Positions 54,281 to 60,537 of a stretch of DNA of 60,537 nt are shown piece by piece. The notes under the pieces are model-generated. The model saw nothing but the letters and a program-made list of their open reading frames with translations, was not told the origin of the DNA and did no database searches. Position 1 is the first letter of the stretch; each line of letters begins with the position of its first letter. The stretch is from an uncultured bacterium (lineage in GTDB: Bacteria; Patescibacteriota; Minisyncoccia; Phycocordibacterales; Phycocordibacteraceae), in contig CAJEYI010000002.1 of NCBI GenBank assembly GCA_903994795.1, forward strand, positions 1 through 60,537, given 5' to 3'. Both the position numbers and the translations under genes were made by a program.

Positions 54281-54330
54281 TGCTGGACGGTATAACATGC
54301 CGCCATGTCTTACATGCTTTAGTTGAACAG

Positions 54331-54885
54331 TTATCGAGAAAGGCAGAACTGTGTGCTGCCAGGAAGCGATGCTTCGGCCGAGTTTGGTGAACACACGGTG
54401 ACTCGGTGTGTCGTTGGATCTGCCTGGATGGTGTATTCAAGGTCATAGTCTTCATTGGTCCCAGAGCAGCCAGTGCTCTTGCAGGAATTTGAGCCGGTAG
54501 CTGGATCAAAGGGAAGTTCAGGAAGATAGCTTGGCACAAGACACTTTCTCAAGTCGAGCTGTGACTTGGTTATTACGCGGGCGCTATCAGGAAGTGTACT
54601 GGTACAATTATCTGTTAATGCAGTTGTGCTTGAAACCCAGATGCCACCATTGTCAGCTATGCGTTCAGATACGGCATTTAGTACGGCTGCGACGTTGCTC
54701 TGTCTTTGTGAGTTGCGTGCCTGCGCAAACTGTCGTAGGGGGTTAACCGCTACTAACACAACAGTGCTCAGTATGGCGAGCATGCCAATGACCACAAGGA
54801 TTTCAATAAGTGTGAATCCCTGCGCAGGTTTTTGTGGTTGAGTAAGTCGGCTTAAAAACGCACGAAATAGTTCGAGTAGATTCAT
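54331..54885 (-). CDS. type IV pilin-like protein (probable major pilin)
   Basis: The class III signal reads ...KPAQG/FTLIEILVVIGMLAILS. It is the last gene of the pilus operon. Confidence 0.8.
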   Translation of the reverse strand: MNLLELFRAFLSRLTQPQKPAQGFTLIEILVVIGMLAILSTVVLVAVNPLRQFAQARNSQRQSNVAAVLNAVSERIADNGGIWVSSTTALTDNCTSTLPDSARVITKSQLDLRKCLVPSYLPELPFDPATGSNSCKSTGCSGTNEDYDLEYTIQADPTTHRVTVCSPNSAEASLPGSTQFCLSR

Positions 54886-54926
54886 AAGGAATGTATTAGG
54901 ATTTTAAATAATGGGTGCAGATTTGT

Positions 54927-55364
54927 TTATGGAGGAATACTCGTAATGTCTCTCCATGTAGTGATCGAGGTAATTCCAGACGTGATGCTATTTTTTGCCT
55001 GTACTTGGTATGTGGAAACTGAGCTTCTGTATTTTGCTGTAACACTAATTGTTACAGCATTATTTACCAGGGTTTCGGAATTCACCGTGCAGTATACAGG
55101 AGCACTATCAACATCAATCGGTAAGAGTAACTGTTCAGGTGTTTGTGCGACATTGCCACTTTCTGCAAATTGTTGAAGTGCAGTATATGCACATGACTCA
55201 ACAAACATGATGCTCTGTGCTGCTGACTCTCGATCGAGTTGATCAGCTCTATTCCAGAACACGACGAGACTTTCTGTGAACACATACGCAAGCAGGAGTG
55301 TCGAGATAATACTTGCAGAGACAATCGCAATGTACCCTTTTGGTTGTGGTCTGTAGGTGCTCAT
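54927..55364 (-). CDS. PilX-like minor pilin / pilus assembly protein
   Basis: It has an N-terminal hydrophobic helix without the G/F..E motif (KGYIAIVSASIISTLLLAYV). It has a 4-nt overlap with the upstream gene. Confidence 0.45.
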   Translation of the reverse strand: MSTYRPQPKGYIAIVSASIISTLLLAYVFTESLVVFWNRADQLDRESAAQSIMFVESCAYTALQQFAESGNVAQTPEQLLLPIDVDSAPVYCTVNSETLVNNAVTISVTAKYRSSVSTYQVQAKNSITSGITSITTWRDITSIPP

Positions 55365-55825
55365 AGTGGTAGGTAGGTGGTAGTTGTAAAGGTTTGTTGG
55401 AGAATGCTTCCGCGGGAAGTCTTTGCTGAGAGGTGTAGTGTTGTGAGAATCGAATTGCTTGATTGTGTGAACGTGAGTGAATCTACTGAGAATTCATTTC
55501 CTGAGAGAATCTCATTTCCTGCACTGTCAGTTCTGACTGCGCGCTTAGCTGTTGTTTGAATACTGAACGCTGTACCAGTTCGTGGGGTAATTGAGATCGA
55601 GGATACTGGGACGCCATATAAGAAACTTGCATGTGAGGACTGTGATGTTGCTATCTCATAAGAAATCTTCTCAAGTAAGTATGACCCTTCAGCTTGAAGA
55701 AGGCTCTTCGTCTGATTTCGATTAGCAGTTTCTGAAAGTTCATAGAAACAGGTCACTGTTCCTGTAATGACGATTCCAAATAGTCCGATATATAGCACGC
55801 ATTCGAGAAGGGTAAAGCCACGCAT
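55361..55825 (-). CDS. prepilin-type N-terminal cleavage/methylation domain protein (minor pilin)
   Basis: MRG/FTLLECVLYIGLFGIV. Confidence 0.7.
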   Translation of the reverse strand: MRGFTLLECVLYIGLFGIVITGTVTCFYELSETANRNQTKSLLQAEGSYLLEKISYEIATSQSSHASFLYGVPVSSISITPRTGTAFSIQTTAKRAVRTDSAGNEILSGNEFSVDSLTFTQSSNSILTTLHLSAKTSRGSILQQTFTTTTYLPL

Positions 55826-55826
55826 A

Positions 55827-57356
55827 TTAGGAGCCAGTTACTGTTATCAGATAACCGTTTTGTGAACTGTCACTTGTCGCGAGATAGAGCGTGTTATTTG
55901 AGCACACCATGCTGGCAGAGCTACTTGCTGTGCTTGAGTTCGGAAAGGTGATTGGTGCTGTGTATGGAGCGAGTGAAGAAGGGTCACGTATGTCAATGAT
56001 TTGTAATTGTGTGGCTGTTGCAGCAAACAAGAGGAAACCTTTAAACCAAATGCTTTGAATAGTTACCGGCGTACTTGAAGATGTGGAAGGTCCAAGAAAT
56101 ACCGGGAGGCTAGATGTAGCAGTCGAGAATAGTAAAATTTCTGGACCCTCTGTCACATAACTCCTCCCGAGTGCTACAGCAGTCCCAGACAGGTACACGC
56201 TTTCTCCAAAACCGAAGGCTGCATTTCCAGGTGCATTGTATGAAGTTGCATATGTTGGATGTGCTGGGTCATGTACATCAAGTACAAGTAATTCCTTATT
56301 TGGGTCGTCAGTTGCAAGATAGGCGAATCCATTTGAGACACGTATTTGATTAATCGTTCTCCCGACAGAGTACCCACCAAGCCATACTGGTTTCAATGGG
56401 TCTTGTACATTTATGATATTGAATTCCATACTTGGAGGCAGTGGCATTTTTTGTAACCCTACGTACAGAAGATTATTCTGAAGATAGACTGCTCGGCCAG
56501 ATCCTTGCCCGTTTATGGTTATCGAAATATATGGCGGAGTTGAAGAAGCTAATTTGAAATTTACAGCAGTCTGGAGGTGTGAGCCTGTCATAGAAAATAC
56601 TTGCAACTGACTACATGCAGGTCCGGCTGCGCAGGTAGCAAAGCTAGCAGGGTTGCCGTTTCCTCCATATATATAGCTACCCGCAGAAGCAAGTGATGTT
56701 AGTCGAGTATTGGTGGTTGAAGAGGTGTTTAGTGAGTCCACATACACCGGATGAGTTGTCGAAGAAATATCAAAGGTAAATAAATTTGCATCGGAATGGT
56801 TCAGTGTCAGCGGAACCGACGCAACAAGGGTGTTTCCATTTATGGTAAGTGCGTGAATTGGATATGGTGTCCGAGGAAATGTACTGGGCAACAGATTTCC
56901 TGGGGTCATAGAAAAACTAGAAACCTTCGGGCTTTTCCAGTTCCCGACAAGCGTGCTCCCGCAGGACTGCAGTGATGCATGAAAGAAATCAGAGATAGAT
57001 GCTTTGGTGGTAAGTAGCTCTAGTGCTCCTTTAGAGTTAGTCCATTGCATAGTGTTTGTAATTAGCTTCGCAGTTCCATCGGAGGTAGTGGCGGCCGTCT
57101 GTGATTGGCTATACATTCCAGACGTTGAAGTGGCTGCTGAGATAATCGATGAAAAAGATTTCTGACCTGCATGCAGGGAATTTTCTAGTGATTGAATGGA
57201 AAGGCTACGTGCTCCACTGTGTGTTTGTCCGTCCGCAATTGATTTCGGCAACATAAGCGTGGCAAGTGTTGTTGTGGTTACGGTAACTGTAATGAGCATG
57301 ATTGCTATCATGAGTTCAATAGTTGAAAATCCTGATAAAGTAGAGCGGCAGTTCAT
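55827..57356 (-). CDS. large pilin-like protein with a repeated beta-propeller-type (LVIVD-like) C-terminal domain
   Basis: The N-terminus is SG/FSTIELMIAIMLITV. Recurring units are LFTFDISS..HP, FNIINVQDP.KP, LLVLDVHDPAHP and LQIIDIRDPSSL. Confidence 0.7.
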   Translation of the reverse strand: MNCRSTLSGFSTIELMIAIMLITVTVTTTTLATLMLPKSIADGQTHSGARSLSIQSLENSLHAGQKSFSSIISAATSTSGMYSQSQTAATTSDGTAKLITNTMQWTNSKGALELLTTKASISDFFHASLQSCGSTLVGNWKSPKVSSFSMTPGNLLPSTFPRTPYPIHALTINGNTLVASVPLTLNHSDANLFTFDISSTTHPVYVDSLNTSSTTNTRLTSLASAGSYIYGGNGNPASFATCAAGPACSQLQVFSMTGSHLQTAVNFKLASSTPPYISITINGQGSGRAVYLQNNLLYVGLQKMPLPPSMEFNIINVQDPLKPVWLGGYSVGRTINQIRVSNGFAYLATDDPNKELLVLDVHDPAHPTYATSYNAPGNAAFGFGESVYLSGTAVALGRSYVTEGPEILLFSTATSSLPVFLGPSTSSSTPVTIQSIWFKGFLLFAATATQLQIIDIRDPSSLAPYTAPITFPNSSTASSSASMVCSNNTLYLATSDSSQNGYLITVTGS

Positions 57357-57844
57357 GTTTGTGTGCGCGCTAATATTTCACCGTGTAAACCAACGAGCAC
57401 TACTTCGGTACGATTGTCTTTCCCAAGAATCGATAAAGTTGTGCTACTTGTCGCATTCCCTGAGGGAAGGAAGCCAATTTCATTTGTGCTGCTGCACACT
57501 ATTTCTTCAGATGAGAAGGGAATACGAACATCAAGACTTTGGGTTCGCGACGCGTAGGTGAGTCCTTCAAAAAGTGTAAGTTGGTTATGCTCTACATAAA
57601 CTCCATGAGGAAAGGGCATAGCGCAGTTTTGGCTACTACAGACGCGATTGAGAGATCTTAACCGAGCTTCATGTAGGGTTGAAACAAGGAGTTCTCTATC
57701 TGTACGAGCAGATGCTCGGGCAAGGGTATCGAGACTTTCAGCAAGTCCAATACTAATGCACGCGGTCAGTAAACTGAGCGTGACAAGTGTCTCTACTAGG
57801 CTAAAACCGTGCGTGTAGAAGTGTGGGTTAGTGGGGTGTGTCAT
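57353..57844 (-). CDS. prepilin-type N-terminal domain protein (minor pilin)
   Basis: HG/FSLVETLVTLSLL. ATG 57844 overlaps the pilC stop as ATGA. Confidence 0.65.
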   Translation of the reverse strand: MTHPTNPHFYTHGFSLVETLVTLSLLTACISIGLAESLDTLARASARTDRELLVSTLHEARLRSLNRVCSSQNCAMPFPHGVYVEHNQLTLFEGLTYASRTQSLDVRIPFSSEEIVCSSTNEIGFLPSGNATSSTTLSILGKDNRTEVVLVGLHGEILARTQT

Positions 57845-58902
57845 GTGAGGTTTTGGGTTATAGCATATATTGGCGTAATGATTGCGAGAGCAACAAGCCC
57901 GACAAGAAATCCCATGCACATCATAAGTATTGGCTCAACAAGTACGGTTAAGTTTTTTGTAACTTCGTCGAGCTGGCTCTCATACTCTTCGGATAAAGAT
58001 TCAAGGTTTAGCGCGAGCGTTCCCGTCATTTCGCCAGCACAGACCATTTGGCTTACAAGGGTAGGGAACAGATAGGGGAATTCAATGAGTGCATCTGATA
58101 GCTGTTTTCCTTTTGAAACTCTTTCCTCAATTGCTGCGAGTGCTTTTGGATACGTGCTTCCTGGAACTGAGTTTTGCGTGAGAGAAATCGCCGAGAGAAT
58201 GCGTACACCGCTTTTGAGTTGTATGGAGAGTGTGTAGAGTAGAGATGTTAGGATGTAGTACTGGTATAGTTTTGAAAAGACGGGAATGCCTAAAAGAGCT
58301 CGTTCTTGAATAGTCCGAAATGTGTCATTCCTTGAAGCAAGGAAAAGAACAACAGCTGAGAAAAGTAGTAGAAACAAAATAAGCAACCAGTCATGTTGAA
58401 GTACATCATACGTGCTGATTAGTATCTTTGTTGTAAAAGGAAGTCTTGTCTTAAAGCTAGTAAGTACAGGAATGATTTTTGGAAATATAAAGAGCGTAAG
58501 GAATAACGCCATTAGGATCGTGCTGCTGAATACAATTGCAGGATAAAGTAGGGCACCCAGGACCTTAGTACGTACCTGGTTTCTTTTTCGTAAAAGCACA
58601 GAGACTTTTTCAAGTATGGATGCAAGTGAGCCGGTCGATTCTCCTGCTTGAATAAAACCAATAGTTAATGGCGAGAAGCAGTGTGGGAATAGCGACATGG
58701 CAAAAGACAATGGCTGTCCATTTGCGACGCTTCTTTCGATACCTCTGTATATGTAAAGGTGTGTGGTGTTCTGTGTATCAGAAATGAGTAGATGGAGTCC
58801 TTCTAAAATAGGAATACCTGAATCCAAGTATAAGGCCAATCGCTTTGCAAATAGGATTTGCTGCGAGATGGGGAATAATATAATGCGGGGTTTGTTCTTC
58901 AT
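57841..58902 (-). CDS. pilC: type II secretion system F family / PilC platform protein
   Basis: It has two GspF-type repeats with three TM segments (353 aa) and is adjacent to the ATPase. Confidence 0.88.
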   Translation of the reverse strand: MKNKPRIILFPISQQILFAKRLALYLDSGIPILEGLHLLISDTQNTTHLYIYRGIERSVANGQPLSFAMSLFPHCFSPLTIGFIQAGESTGSLASILEKVSVLLRKRNQVRTKVLGALLYPAIVFSSTILMALFLTLFIFPKIIPVLTSFKTRLPFTTKILISTYDVLQHDWLLILFLLLFSAVVLFLASRNDTFRTIQERALLGIPVFSKLYQYYILTSLLYTLSIQLKSGVRILSAISLTQNSVPGSTYPKALAAIEERVSKGKQLSDALIEFPYLFPTLVSQMVCAGEMTGTLALNLESLSEEYESQLDEVTKNLTVLVEPILMMCMGFLVGLVALAIITPIYAITQNLT

Positions 58903-58905
58903 ACA

Positions 58906-60078
58906 TTAGTTGCTAATAAGGTGTAATACTTCGTCTAAACTCACGAGTCCTTCTGATGCCTTGTGGATCCCGTCATGCAGTAGCGGTACCATGCCTTGAT
59001 GTAAGGCAAGTGCAAACAGCTCCCTGCCAGATGCCTTTCTCGATACTGCCTCACGGAGAGAAATATCCATGACGAGTACTTCGAATATGCCAATTCTTCC
59101 AGATGTGCCTGTGTGCTGACATTTTTTACAGCCAGGACTTTCGAACTGTTCATTGCACGAAATATTCGTTCCGGGAAGGAGTGCCATAAGTGTCTTCTGG
59201 TCTCTTCGCACGGGCTTCTTTTCTTTGCATGCCTGGCAAAGCTTTTTTACAAGGCGCTGATTTATGACGAGAGATACAGTTGATGAAATTAGATAGGGCT
59301 CAATATGCATATCTATCAATCTTGGAAGGGAAGTCGGTGCGTCTTGTGTGTGCAGTGTTGTGAGTACAAGGTGACCAGTGAGCGCGGCATTTGTGGCAAG
59401 GGATGCGGTTTCTTTGTCTCTAATTTCACCTACACCTATAATGTTTGGGTCCTGTCGCAGAATACTTCGCAACCCTTCGGAAAACGTAAGTCCTGAGCTT
59501 TTGCCTGCAGGGATTTGAGTAACCCCTGCCAGGGCGTATTCAATCGGGTCCTCAATTGTGATAATTGAGCTACTCCGGACGTTTAGCAGGTGTAGTAATG
59601 CGTATAAAGTACTGGTCTTTCCGCTACCAGTTGGTCCAGTTATTACAATCATTCCGTGAGGTCGTTCGATTGCCCGAGCAATGAGGTTTTGATGAAACTC
59701 GCCCATGCCGAGTGAGGCCAATGTCGATAGTGGTGTTGCAGAAGAAAGGAGTCGGAGTACGGCATTTTCTCCGTAGTAGGTTGGCGCAATCGATACTCGT
59801 ATATCTATCGTTTCGTTGTTTGATACATCAAATCTAAATCTGCCGTCGTGTGGCTGATGATGCTCGTCAGTCCGAATACCTGCCAGAATCTTCAGTCTCG
59901 ACAGAACTTCATTTTGAAAGATTTTTGGCAATTCCCGTATGTCTCGTAGGGAACCGTCTATGCGGAACCGAACCGCGCAAGATAACCCACTCGGATCAAT
60001 GTGAATATCAGACGCGTGAGCTCCGTGAGCCTCACAAAGTAGGGAATTAATGATCTCAACAGCAGTTTCAGTTGCCAT
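58906..60078 (-). CDS. pilB: GspE/PilB-family type IV pilus assembly ATPase (short form, 390 aa)
   Basis: Walker A is GPTGSGKTST, the Asp box and Walker B are ILRQDPNIIGVGEIRD, the His box is GHLVLTTLHT, and a tetracysteine motif C..C...C..C is present. Confidence 0.92.
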   Translation of the reverse strand: MATETAVEIINSLLCEAHGAHASDIHIDPSGLSCAVRFRIDGSLRDIRELPKIFQNEVLSRLKILAGIRTDEHHQPHDGRFRFDVSNNETIDIRVSIAPTYYGENAVLRLLSSATPLSTLASLGMGEFHQNLIARAIERPHGMIVITGPTGSGKTSTLYALLHLLNVRSSSIITIEDPIEYALAGVTQIPAGKSSGLTFSEGLRSILRQDPNIIGVGEIRDKETASLATNAALTGHLVLTTLHTQDAPTSLPRLIDMHIEPYLISSTVSLVINQRLVKKLCQACKEKKPVRRDQKTLMALLPGTNISCNEQFESPGCKKCQHTGTSGRIGIFEVLVMDISLREAVSRKASGRELFALALHQGMVPLLHDGIHKASEGLVSLDEVLHLISN

Positions 60079-60100
60079 GTATGCACTCTAGCGAATGGGG

Positions 60101-60149
60101 GCTGAAGGAATCTTAAAGTACTTCTAAAGTTTTTCTGAGTTTTTGACAA
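60101..60149 (-). promoter_or_regulatory. shared promoter-like block upstream of the pilus operon
   Basis: The minus strand reads ttgtcaaaaactcagaaaaactttagaagtactttaagattccttcagc, that is TTGTCA - 17 nt - TAGAAG. The ATG of pilB is about 20 nt downstream of the block. Confidence 0.5.
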
Positions 60150-60273
60150 TTGATGAAAACTTGCTGAAAAGGGTGCTTTTTGGTCTCTTTTCCTAATCCT
60201 CGCAAATTCATTGTCGAGTAAGTAAATAAGCCATATTTTAACGCTTTAGACCCCTATTTTGCCCTAAAAACGG

Positions 60274-60303
60274 TTGACAAAAGGGGTCTCTTGATGATAG
60301 GAT
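60274..60303 (+). promoter_or_regulatory. sigma70-like promoter (TTGACA - 18 nt - TAGGAT)
   Basis: TTGACA is at 60274-60279 and TAGGAT at 60298-60303. It is divergent from the pilus operon. Confidence 0.4.
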
Positions 60304-60369
60304 ATCCCTAAGAGTCAGGTTATGACATATGAGGCTTTCGGGTCTCATTTGCCGTTTCTTGATTCACTT

Positions 60370-60537
60370 ATGCATAAAACAGTAGGCCTACTTCTGGCCT
60401 CAAATCTTATTGCCTATAGTGTCTTAGTGCCCTTCGTGGCCAATGCTCAGATTGTTTCTGCCTCGGTATCAACGAGCTCAGTAAACATCGAAAGCATGAC
60501 GACCGCCCAAGTTTCTACTGTTCAGGATTCAGCCTCT
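60370..60537 (+). CDS. 5' part of a secreted protein gene (runs off the window)
   Basis: MHKTVGLLLASNLIAYSVLVPFVANAQ is signal-peptide-like and is followed by S/T-rich sequence. The frame is open to the end of the window. Confidence 0.4.
   Translation, partial: MHKTVGLLLASNLIAYSVLVPFVANAQIVSASVSTSSVNIESMTTAQVSTVQDSAS

Noticed and set aside
1-60537. Search for CRISPR arrays, rRNA genes, integrases or complete IS elements.
   Set aside because: No regularly spaced direct repeats, no rRNA-like sequence and no integrase or transposase body were seen. Only a 15-codon transposase tail is present at the left edge.

Overview
This 60.5-kb window is a chromosomal segment of a bacterium that uses the standard genetic code. 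The gene content resembles small-genome uncultivated lineages such as Patescibacteria/CPR: an RRM RNA-binding protein, NYN genes, a compact type IV pilus operon and a GH130 cluster. That placement is inference only. The core genes are rpoB-rpoC (714-7721), maf, an MsbA-like ABC exporter, dnaG-rpoD (13535-16737), a UvrD-type helicase fused to a Cas4/AddB-type nuclease, hisS, prmC and uppP. Other conventional blocks are an ECF-sigma/MacAB-like efflux operon, a mannoside-utilisation cluster (two GH130 genes, a mannose-6-P isomerase cupin, and a PMM-like HAD domain fused to an FAD oxidase), an ABC-2 exporter with GT2 and DedA, and a 7-gene type IV pilus operon (54331-60078, minus strand). Visibly more AT-rich accessory islets sit between the housekeeping operons. 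(1) Three solitary MazF/PemK-like toxin genes are present, one of them internally deleted. Two of the three are followed by a roughly 180-nt structured RNA whose helices are preserved by compensatory changes. (2) Two paralogous NYN-domain genes lie directly behind rpoBC and behind dnaG-rpoD. The second is followed by an HTH-Panacea(DUF4065) antitoxin-type gene. (3) A degenerate tRNA-like gene lies in a long extended stem, next to about 700 bp of ORF-free, inverted-repeat-rich DNA. (4) A tightly packed 4-gene putative defence operon follows: an EcoRI-methylase-family N6-adenine MTase, a DUF262(ParB-like)-HNH nuclease, a DUF2130 coiled-coil protein and an unknown protein. A conserved promoter-like block of about 45 nt is shared by the MazF-like genes, one unknown small gene and the pilus operon. 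No CRISPR array, rRNA or integrase was seen. All family assignments come from reading motifs by eye, and no database search was possible.
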